Part shown: piece after piece, positions 42,361 to 49,790 of the stretch
Layout: the number at the start of each line of letters is the position of its first letter
Numbering within the stretch: position 1 is the stretch's first letter
The notes under the pieces: generated by a model
Database searches by the model: none
Told to the model about the DNA's origin: nothing
Seen by the model: only the letters and a program-made list of their open reading frames with translations
Position numbers and translations under genes: made by a program
NCBI GenBank assembly: GCA_016195465.1
Contig: JACPZO010000042.1
Location: 1 to 50,884 of the forward strand
Source of the DNA: Nitrospirota bacterium
GTDB taxonomy: Bacteria > Nitrospirota > RBG-16-64-22
Direction of reading: 5' to 3'
DNA length: 50,884 nucleotides

Positions 42361-43350
42361 CTAACCGCCCATCCTGGCCGGGCCTGAGAGATGACACGCG
42401 ACGAGCCGGCCGTCCTCCCGCGGCGCAAGCGCGGGGACCGCTGACTCGCACTGGGGCATCCTGAGGGGGCACCGCGTGTGGAACCGGCATCCGGGAGGCG
42501 GGGCGGCGGGGTTCGGGAGGTCTCCGGTGAGGAGGATCCGGTCGCGCTTCCGGGTCGGATCGGGGACGGGAACGGCCGACAGGAGGGCCACCGTGTAGGG
42601 ATGGTGCGGAAGTCCGAAGACCTGGGCGTTCGTTCCCGCCTCGACGAACTGTCCCAGGTACATGATGGCGATCCGGTCGCTGAAGAACCGGACGACGTTC
42701 AGATCGTGCGAGATGAAGATGAAGGAGAGGTCGTACTTCTCCTTGAGGTCCTGGAGGAGATTGAGGATCTGGGCCTGGACGGAGACGTCGAGGGCGGAAA
42801 CCGGCTCGTCGGCGATGAGAATCTCCGGCTGGACGGCGAGGGCGCGGGCGACGCCGATCCGCTGGCGCTGGCCCCCCGAGAATTCGTGCGGATAGCGTGA
42901 CTCGGCGTCCGCCGGAAGGCCCACGGTCTCGAGAAGCTCGGCGACTTTCTCCCGCAGGGCCGTTCCTCCCGCGAGGTTGTGGATCCGCAGAGGCTCCCCC
43001 ACGATCCCACCCACCCGCATCCGGGGGTTGAGGGAAGCATAGGGGTCCTGAAACACGATCTGCATCCGCCGCCGGACCTTGCGGAGCTCCTGGCGGGAGA
43101 GAGCGAGGACGTCCGTTCCATCCAGACGGATCGCCCCCGACGTCGGCTCGATGAGGCGGAGGACGGCCCGCCCGAGGGTCGACTTGCCGCAGCCGCTTTC
43201 GCCCGCGATGGCGAGGACCTCTCCCTTGTCCAGATGAAGCGAGACGCCGTCCACGGCCCGCACGGGGGGGCGGGGACGGCCCCACCAGCCGCTCTCCACG
43301 GGGAAGTGCTTCGTGAGGTTTTCCACGGCGAGAAGAGGCGGGGCGCTCAT
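42361..43350 (-). CDS. Oligopeptide/dipeptide-type ABC transporter ATP-binding protein (OppF/DppF-like)
   Basis: Walker A 'GESGCGKST', signature 'FSGGQRQR', Walker B 'ILIADEP', C-terminal oligopeptide domain 'HPYT..LL...P'. Confidence 0.85.
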   Translation of the reverse strand: MSAPPLLAVENLTKHFPVESGWWGRPRPPVRAVDGVSLHLDKGEVLAIAGESGCGKSTLGRAVLRLIEPTSGAIRLDGTDVLALSRQELRKVRRRMQIVFQDPYASLNPRMRVGGIVGEPLRIHNLAGGTALREKVAELLETVGLPADAESRYPHEFSGGQRQRIGVARALAVQPEILIADEPVSALDVSVQAQILNLLQDLKEKYDLSFIFISHDLNVVRFFSDRIAIMYLGQFVEAGTNAQVFGLPHHPYTVALLSAVPVPDPTRKRDRILLTGDLPNPAAPPPGCRFHTRCPLRMPQCESAVPALAPREDGRLVACHLSGPARMGG

Positions 43351-44321
43351 GCTTCACCCGGCCGGAAACATCGCACGGCGCCGGCTTCGGAGACGGAGAC
43401 GAGATCGGGCGCCTCGTTCCGGCAACGATCGACGGCGATGGGACAGCGCGGCGCGAAGCGGCAGGCCGAGACGGGCCCCCTGATCGTCGGGACGTTTCCG
43501 GGGATCGCCTTGAGGCGCCGGGCCTTGCCTTTCTCCGCGTGGCGGGGCAGGGAGTCGAGAAGTCCGCGCGTGTACGGGTGGAGGGGTTTGGCGAACAGGG
43601 CGGACGCCGCGGTCCGCTCGACGATCTGCCCGGCGTACATGATGGCGACTTCGTCGGCCGTCTCGGCGATGATCCCCAAGTCGTGCGTGATGAGGAGAAG
43701 CGAGGAGCCGGTCTCCTCCCGGATGCGCGACAGCAGGTCGAGAATCTGGGCCTGGATCGTGACGTCGAGGGCCGTCGTCGGCTCGTCGGCGATCAGGAGC
43801 GCGGGACGGCACGAGATGGCCATGGCGATCATGGCCCGCTGGCGCATCCCTCCCGAAAGATGGTGGGGGTAGTCTTTCGCGCGCGCTTCCGGGGCCGGGA
43901 TCCCCACGGCGGTGAGAAGCTCGACGGCCCGCGACCAGGCCTCCCGCCGGCCGAGCGGGAGATGCGCGGTCATCGCCTCGGCGATCTGATATCCGATCGT
44001 GAAGACGGGATTGAGCGACGTCATCGGTTCCTGGAAGATCATGGCGATCCGGGCCCCGCGGATCCGTCGGACCTCGCGCTCGGGCAGGGCCAGGAGATCG
44101 CGCTGTTCGAAGACAATCCGGCCGGAGACGATCCGGCCCGGCTGGGGGACGAGTCGCAGGAGGGAGAGGGCCGTCATCGTCTTGCCGCATCCCGACTCGC
44201 CCACGAGCCCGAAGACCCGGCCGGACCGAACGTCGAACGACACGTCGTCCACGGCCTGGACGGCGCCAAGACGCGAGGGAAACCGGACCGCGAGGTGTTT
44301 CGCTTCAAGGAGCGGGGTCAT
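43347..44321 (-). CDS. Oligopeptide/dipeptide-type ABC transporter ATP-binding protein (OppD/DppD-like)
   Basis: Walker A 'GESGCGKT', signature 'LSGGMRQR', Walker B 'LLIADEPTT', 'HPYTRGLL'. 4-nt overlap with the downstream ATPase gene. Confidence 0.85.
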   Translation of the reverse strand: MTPLLEAKHLAVRFPSRLGAVQAVDDVSFDVRSGRVFGLVGESGCGKTMTALSLLRLVPQPGRIVSGRIVFEQRDLLALPEREVRRIRGARIAMIFQEPMTSLNPVFTIGYQIAEAMTAHLPLGRREAWSRAVELLTAVGIPAPEARAKDYPHHLSGGMRQRAMIAMAISCRPALLIADEPTTALDVTIQAQILDLLSRIREETGSSLLLITHDLGIIAETADEVAIMYAGQIVERTAASALFAKPLHPYTRGLLDSLPRHAEKGKARRLKAIPGNVPTIRGPVSACRFAPRCPIAVDRCRNEAPDLVSVSEAGAVRCFRPGEA

Positions 44322-44352
44322 GTGGGTCCGCCCAGCCGGATGGGAACCCGGG

Positions 44353-45114
44353 TCAGGGCGATGGAGGCGTTCCGGGTTTGGTCGGGGCCGACGGCTCCGT
44401 CATCGGTTCGTTTCGCACGAAGGAGAGGTACCGTTTCACCTCCGCCGAGGCCGGGTCCATCTCGAGGGCGGCCTGCCATTCCTCCACGGCCATCCCCGTG
44501 AACCCCCGCATGTAATAGGTGATCCCCAGGTTGATCCGGGCCGGCATGTACTGCGGATTGGCCTCCTTGGCCTTGGAGAACTCCCCGACGGCCTGATCGA
44601 ACTCCCCCTTCTCGCGGAGAGAGATGCCGATCTTCGTGATGATGTCGACGAAGGTCGGCCGCAGGCGCAGGGCCTTCCGGTACTCCTCGATGGCCTCGTC
44701 ATAGAGGCCGAGGTCGTGATACAGGTCCCCCAGGCGGCCGTGCTCGTTCGCCATCTTCCCCTTGATGTACGGATCGATGGTGTTCGGCGCCGGGTGGGCG
44801 ATCTGGGCCGCCCGCGAGAAGATCTCCCCCGCCTTGTCGTACCGCCCGAGCTCGTTGTATGTAACGGCGAGGTTCAGCGACGCTTCGGTGTAGTTGGGAT
44901 TGATGGCGAGGGCCTTCTCGAAGGAGTCGACGGCTTTTCCCAGGGCCCCCTTCTGGTGGTGGATCAGGCCGAGCTTGTTGTGGACCTCGGCGTAGTGGGG
45001 CCGCTTGTGGACGATCTCTTCGAAGGTCCGCTGGGCCTCGTCGAAGTCTCCCCGGTCGAAGGCCGCCCGTCCCTTGACGTACGACTCGTGAATGGCTTCC
45101 ATCTCCGAGCTCAT
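44353..45114 (-). CDS. TPR-repeat protein
   Basis: Repeated 'A...F.KAL.I.P.Y..A..NLG..Y' 34-residue units. Confidence 0.8.
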   Translation of the reverse strand: MSSEMEAIHESYVKGRAAFDRGDFDEAQRTFEEIVHKRPHYAEVHNKLGLIHHQKGALGKAVDSFEKALAINPNYTEASLNLAVTYNELGRYDKAGEIFSRAAQIAHPAPNTIDPYIKGKMANEHGRLGDLYHDLGLYDEAIEEYRKALRLRPTFVDIITKIGISLREKGEFDQAVGEFSKAKEANPQYMPARINLGITYYMRGFTGMAVEEWQAALEMDPASAEVKRYLSFVRNEPMTEPSAPTKPGTPPSP

Positions 45115-45404
45115 CCGGTCAGCTCAACGGCCTGGGAGAAGGGAATGGCGATCCCGATCTCCCGCTTGTGAATCGCCAGGTATTCGGTCCGGAGAAGCAG
45201 CACGTTGTCGCGGAGGGAGTAGCACTGGGCGTCCGTGACGGCCACGAAGGGCGCCCGGTCGGTCTCTCCGACGAAACGGTTGAGAAAGTCGGTCAATCGC
45301 CCTCCGGGCGGGAGATGGACATCCCCGACGATCTTGAAATGTTGCGTGAACAGGATGACCCGTTGTTTCTCGAGCTCTCGCTTGAGCGGGCCGATGTTCG
45401 CCAT
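45111..45404 (-). CDS. Small conserved-looking hypothetical protein (97 aa)
   Basis: ATG 45404 with GGAG RBS. 4-nt overlap with the TPR gene. Family not recognised. Confidence 0.5.
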   Translation of the reverse strand: MANIGPLKRELEKQRVILFTQHFKIVGDVHLPPGGRLTDFLNRFVGETDRAPFVAVTDAQCYSLRDNVLLLRTEYLAIHKREIGIAIPFSQAVELTG

Positions 45405-45428
45405 TGTGTGCTCCGCCTGACGATGCGA

Positions 45429-45457
45429 AATATAGGCGAACGGCGGGGGGTTGTCAA
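45429..45457 (-). promoter_or_regulatory. Sigma-70 promoter candidate TTGACA-17 nt-TATATT
   Basis: Minus strand: TTGACA (45457-45452), 17-nt spacer, TATATT (45434-45429), about 25 nt upstream of ATG 45404. Confidence 0.55.
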
Positions 45458-45516
45458 GGCAAGCATGGCCCGCTTCAGCCGCCCGCGCCCGACGCCAGAA
45501 TTTCCGGAACCCCCTG

Positions 45517-46164
45517 TCAACCCTTCCGCATGTCGAGATCCGGGTGAGACGGGCGGAGGTCGGCGGCGATGCGGTCGGACTTGCCGCCGGCGAACCGGAT
45601 GGCCAGCTCGCGGGAGCCGTCGGGGATGCCTTCGTAGGACGTGAGGATCGAGACGAGACGGCCTCCGTGGGCGCGGATGACGTCGGCCACTTCACGGATC
45701 GTCCCCGGGCGGTCCGGGATCGTGAGGTGCAGGCGCGTCGTCTTCCCGCGCCGCGCGCCGGTGAGCGCGACGAGGGCGCCGAAGACGTCGTGCTCCGTGA
45801 GGATGCCGACGAGACTCCCTTTCGCATCCACGACGGGAAGCGCGCCGATCCCCTTTTCATGGAGAACCCGTGCGGCGTCTTCGATGGGCGCGTCTGGCCG
45901 GATCGTGACGGGGTCTCCCGTCAGGGCCTCCCGGACGGCGACCTTCGCCAGGACGTGGTGGACCTCCCAGACGTCGAGGCTCGTCGCCTTCGTGGGACAG
46001 TATTCCTTGATGTCGCGGTCGGAAAGGATCCCGACGAGCTTTCCCTTCCGGACAACGGGGAGGCGGCGGACCCCATGTTCCTTGAGGGAGTGGATCGCCT
46101 CCGTGAGCGTTGCGTTTTCGTCGATCGTGACCGCCGGGCTTGTCATGTATCGCCGCACGTACAT
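45517..46164 (-). CDS. CBS-pair plus ACT-like domain protein (AcuB-like)
   Basis: Start at ATG 46164 (AAGGAGG RBS). 'VRRLPVV..GKLVGILSDRDI' and 'IGALPVVD..GSLVGILTEHDV' CBS motifs. C-terminal 'LHLTIPDRPGTIREVADVI' is ACT-like. Confidence 0.8.
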   Translation of the reverse strand: MYVRRYMTSPAVTIDENATLTEAIHSLKEHGVRRLPVVRKGKLVGILSDRDIKEYCPTKATSLDVWEVHHVLAKVAVREALTGDPVTIRPDAPIEDAARVLHEKGIGALPVVDAKGSLVGILTEHDVFGALVALTGARRGKTTRLHLTIPDRPGTIREVADVIRAHGGRLVSILTSYEGIPDGSRELAIRFAGGKSDRIAADLRPSHPDLDMRKG

Positions 46165-46182
46165 CGCATCCTCCTTATGTTC

Positions 46183-46214
46183 AGGCACAGAGGCACAGAG
46201 GCACAGAGGCACAG
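46183..46214 (+). repeat. AGGCACAG octamer tandem array (4 exact units)
   Basis: Read directly. It lies 19 nt upstream (sense-wise) of the CBS gene start, between livF and the CBS gene. Confidence 0.95.
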
Positions 46215-46299
46215 AGAACTTGGGACTAGGGGGCATGGGGTATGCGTGGAAGCGCATCTTCCCCCTACCCCCTCAATCCCGACCCCCGAATTCCCGCCT

Positions 46300-47043
46300 T
46301 CACCGTTCCCCCAAGTACAGCCTCTTCACCTCCGGACTCGCCAGGAGGTCCCTTCCCGGTCCGTCGAACCGGTTCTCGCCCAGGTCGAGGACGTATCCGT
46401 GGTCGCTCGCCGCGAGGGCCCGGGCGGCGTTCTGCTCCACCATCAGGATCGTCATCCCGGATCGCTTCATCTCGCCGATCTTCTCGAAGATCATGTCGAC
46501 GAAGAGGGGAGAGAGGCCGAGAGACGGCTCGTCCATCAGGACGAGCGCGGGGTCGGTCATCAGGGCCCGGCCCATGGCGAGCATCTGCTGTTCCCCTCCC
46601 GAGAGCGTGCCGGCCCGCTGGCTTCTCCGTTCGGCCAGGCGGGGGAAGAGCGTGAAAACACGTTCACGCGCGCGCCGCAGGGCCGCCGCGTCTTCGACCG
46701 TGTAGCCGCCCATGTCCAGGTTCTCGTCCACCGTCATCTCCGAGAAAACGACCCTCCCCTGTGGGACGACGCCGATGCCGCTCCGGACGATCTCGTGCGT
46801 CGCCCGGCCGCGGATCTCGCGGCCGTCGAAGCGGATGCTCCCGTCCGTTACGCGGAGCTGTCCCAGGACCGACTTGAGGACGGTCGATTTCCCCGCGCCG
46901 TTCGGTCCGATGATGCACGTGAGCGTCCCCCGCCGGACGTCCAGCGAGACGCCGTGCAGGATCTCGACCTTGCCGTACGCCGCGCACAAGTCTCGAATTC
47001 CAAGAAGGACGGAGTCTTCGGTCATTTCCGGGGCGATCTCCAC
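46300..47043 (-). CDS. livF: Branched-chain amino acid ABC transporter ATP-binding protein
   Basis: 'GPNGAGKST', 'LSGGEQQMLA', 'LMDEPS'. GTG 47043 or ATG 47025 start. Confidence 0.9.
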   Translation of the reverse strand: MEIAPEMTEDSVLLGIRDLCAAYGKVEILHGVSLDVRRGTLTCIIGPNGAGKSTVLKSVLGQLRVTDGSIRFDGREIRGRATHEIVRSGIGVVPQGRVVFSEMTVDENLDMGGYTVEDAAALRRARERVFTLFPRLAERRSQRAGTLSGGEQQMLAMGRALMTDPALVLMDEPSLGLSPLFVDMIFEKIGEMKRSGMTILMVEQNAARALAASDHGYVLDLGENRFDGPGRDLLASPEVKRLYLGER

Positions 47044-47050
47044 GTCGGTC

Positions 47051-47202
47051 CGTTCACCGATTCACCGATTCACCCATTCACCGATTCACCTATTCACCGA
47101 TTCACCTATTCACCTATTCACCTATTCACCCATTCACCGATTCACCGATTCACCGATTCACCGATTCACCTATTCACCTATTCACCCATTCACCGATTCA
47201 CC
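47051..47202 (-). repeat. GGTGAATN octamer tandem array, 19 units (152 nt)
   Basis: Plus strand is 19 consecutive (C/G/T)(A/G)TTCACC units with no spacer. On the sense (minus) strand the first unit contains the livG stop (CGG TGA ATC). The array ends 8 nt before livF GTG 47043. Confidence 0.95.
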
Positions 47203-47932
47203 GTTCTGCCCGCTCCGCCGTCTTCCCGAAGTACGCCTCGACGACGTCCTTGTTCCGCCGGACCTCCTCCGGCGCCCCTTCGGCGATCACTTCGCCGTAG
47301 TTGAGGACCGTGAGCCTCTCGCAAAGCGTCATCATCACGTTCATGTCGTGCTCGATGATGACGAACGTCGTTCCCGCCTCCCGGCTCTCGCGCACGATCG
47401 ACCAGAGGGTCTCGCGCATCCTGGGGTTCACGCCGGCGGCCGGCTCGTCCAGAAGGACGAGGGATGGGCCTGGCATGAGGACCCGGGCGAACTCGAGAAG
47501 CTTCGTCATCCCGTACGAGAAGTCGGCCGCGTATTCGTTCGCGTGGCGCGAGAGGCCGACGCGGCCCAAGAGAGCGAGCGCCCGCTCCTTCTCGGCCCGG
47601 GCGTCGAGACCGGGCGCCGCGACGAGCATGTTCTCGAGCGCCGTCATCTGACCGAAAACGCGAATCACCTGGAACGTCCGGACAAGACCCCGCCGCGCGA
47701 CGGTCCACGCGGGGCGTCCGGCGATCGGCCGTCCGTCCAGAACGATCTCGCCGCGATCCGGCGGAAAGAACCCGGATACGGCGTTGAAGAGGGTCGTCTT
47801 CCCCGATCCGTTCGGGCCGATCAGCCCGACGATCCCGCGGCGGGGAACGCTGAAGGAAACGTCCGAGAGCGCCTGGAGGCCGCCGAACGCCTTGAAGACG
47901 TGACGGACCTGGAGGATGTCCGGTCCGGTCAC
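47198..47932 (-). CDS. livG: Branched-chain amino acid ABC transporter ATP-binding protein
   Basis: GTG 47932 overlapping the livM TGA (GTGA). 'GPNGSGKTT', 'FSYGMTKLLE', 'LLDEPAAG'. Confidence 0.9.
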   Translation of the reverse strand: MTGPDILQVRHVFKAFGGLQALSDVSFSVPRRGIVGLIGPNGSGKTTLFNAVSGFFPPDRGEIVLDGRPIAGRPAWTVARRGLVRTFQVIRVFGQMTALENMLVAAPGLDARAEKERALALLGRVGLSRHANEYAADFSYGMTKLLEFARVLMPGPSLVLLDEPAAGVNPRMRETLWSIVRESREAGTTFVIIEHDMNVMMTLCERLTVLNYGEVIAEGAPEEVRRNKDVVEAYFGKTAERAER

Positions 47933-48864
47933 AGGCGTCTCGTCCGGGGGAGGATCCCCCTCGCCATGAGGCGGGGGAGGAGTCCCTCGGGAATGAAGAT
48001 GACGATCCCGACGATGAGGAGCCCGTACAGGCCGAGGTGGACGAATGGAAACCGGGCCCAGAGGAACTCCCCCGCGAGGCCGAGGAGGAGCGCCCCCACG
48101 ACCGGCCCCAGGACGGTCCCGCCTCCACCCAGCATCGTCATGACGATCATCTGGATCGTGAGCAGCATCGGGAAGGTCGATTCCGGGTCGATGTAGTTGA
48201 TGTGCCAGGCGTTGGCGGCCCCGGCGATCCCGGCCGGGACCGCGGAGAGGACGAAGGCGGCCGTCTTCGCGCGCGTCGCGGCGACGCCCATCGCCTCCGC
48301 CCCGGTCTCGTCCTCGCGGATGGCGAGAAGGTGGAGGCCGAAGCGCGACTGGGCGACGACGTACGTGAGAACGATCGTCCCGAGCGCCGTGATCCCGAGG
48401 AGAAGGAAGGCCCCGCGGGGCGAAAGGATGTTCGGAAGCGTGATTCCCGATCCCCCTCCCGTGAGCGACTCCCAGGTGCTGGCGGCGACGCGGACGGCTT
48501 CCGAAGCGCCCAGCATGGCGATGGCGAAGTAGGCCCCTTTGAGCCTGAGCGTGATGCTTCCGAGGACGAGGGCGAGGACGGCGGCGGCCGAAGCCGCGCC
48601 CAGCGTGGCCGCCGGCCACCCGAGGCCTCCCTTCGTGGCGAGAAGGGAGGCGGTGTAGGCGCCGATCCCGAAGAAGACGACGTGGCCGAACGAGACGTAC
48701 CCCGTGTAGCCGGAGACGAGGTTCCACGAAGCGGAGAGCGTGACAAAGAGAACGATCGTGAATCCGGCCGCGATGAGGTAGGGCGAGGCGAGGGCGGCGT
48801 AGGCGAAGAGGGCCGCGAGGACGGCGAGGGAGGCGAGGGCGACCGGAAGGCGGCTCTCCTTCAC
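47929..48864 (-). CDS. livM: Branched-chain amino acid ABC transporter permease
   Basis: GTG 48864 overlapping the livH TGA (GTGA). Polytopic, with 'SGYTGYVSFGHVVFFGIGAY'. Confidence 0.85.
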   Translation of the reverse strand: MKESRLPVALASLAVLAALFAYAALASPYLIAAGFTIVLFVTLSASWNLVSGYTGYVSFGHVVFFGIGAYTASLLATKGGLGWPAATLGAASAAAVLALVLGSITLRLKGAYFAIAMLGASEAVRVAASTWESLTGGGSGITLPNILSPRGAFLLLGITALGTIVLTYVVAQSRFGLHLLAIREDETGAEAMGVAATRAKTAAFVLSAVPAGIAGAANAWHINYIDPESTFPMLLTIQMIVMTMLGGGGTVLGPVVGALLLGLAGEFLWARFPFVHLGLYGLLIVGIVIFIPEGLLPRLMARGILPRTRRL

Positions 48865-49730
48865 TTGGCCGCTCCCATAAGGCCGGAAGGGCGGAAGAGA
48901 AGAAAGAGGAGCATGAGAAGATAGGCGACGGCGTCGACGACCTGGGCCGTGGCGAAGTAGCCGGTCAGCCCCTCGACGACGCCCAGGAGGAGGCCCCCCC
49001 AGAAGGCCCCGGCGAAGTTCCCCATTCCGCCCAGGACGATGATCGCGAACGCTTTGAGGTTGAAAACGTGCCCGACCTCGGGGTTGAAGGAATAGGAGAG
49101 GGCGATAAGGTTCCCCGCCGCTCCGGCCATCCCCGCGCCGAGCCCGTAGGCGAAGAGACGGACGCGCGCGACGTCGATCCCGCACGTCTCGGCGACGAGG
49201 GCGTTCTGGGACGCGGCCCGGATCGCCTTGCCCGCCCGCGTCCGCTTCAGGAAGAGGTACGCGCCTCCCGTGATGACGAGGGCCGTGACGAAGGACGCGA
49301 GCCGGGCCCGGGGAAGGGCGATCTCCCACAGGAGGATCGAGCCGGTCAGGGCCGGGACCGAGCGGAAGTCGGCCTTGAAGGCGTTCATGGCCGCGCTCGT
49401 CAGGATGATCCCGATCCCGAACGTGAGGAGTAGGGATGAGAGCTCGGGCGCTCCCGCCACGCGTTCGACGAGCGTCTTCTCGATGAGGATTCCCAGCAGG
49501 AACAAGAGGGCGAACGTCACCGGGATGGACAAAAGGGGATGGACGTTCCAAAGGGCGAAGAGGCCGAATGCCGCGTAGGCCCCCAGCATCATCAATTCCC
49601 CGTGGCAGATGTTGATGACCCTGAGGACGCCGAAGATGAGGTTGAGACCCGAGGCGATGAGCGCGTAGAGGGCCCCCAACAGGAGCCCTCCCACGATCAC
49701 CTGGAGATAGACGGGAAGGAATTCCAGCAT
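48861..49730 (-). CDS. livH: Branched-chain amino acid ABC transporter permease
   Basis: 289 aa, polytopic. 'GLNLIFGVLRVINICHGELMMLGAY'. Confidence 0.9.
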   Translation of the reverse strand: MLEFLPVYLQVIVGGLLLGALYALIASGLNLIFGVLRVINICHGELMMLGAYAAFGLFALWNVHPLLSIPVTFALLFLLGILIEKTLVERVAGAPELSSLLLTFGIGIILTSAAMNAFKADFRSVPALTGSILLWEIALPRARLASFVTALVITGGAYLFLKRTRAGKAIRAASQNALVAETCGIDVARVRLFAYGLGAGMAGAAGNLIALSYSFNPEVGHVFNLKAFAIIVLGGMGNFAGAFWGGLLLGVVEGLTGYFATAQVVDAVAYLLMLLFLLFRPSGLMGAAK

Positions 49731-49790
49731 TGCAAACTGAAGGTTTACAATCTCAAATTTCCAATTTCCAATTTACAATTTTCAATGTCG
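49731..49790 (-). repeat. AT-rich ~7-nt periodic repeat between the binding-protein gene and livH
   Basis: Sense strand: CATTGAAAATTGTAAATTGGAAATTGGAAATTTGAGATTGTAAACC. It fills the whole spacer between the stop at 49791 and ATG 49730. Confidence 0.85.

Noticed and set aside
45451-47304. 617-aa ORF containing 'SPIHRFTDSPIHLFTYSPIH' peptide repeats
   Set aside because: The peptide repeat is merely the stop-free antisense reading of the GGTGAATN octamer array. The rest is antisense to the CBS and livF genes.
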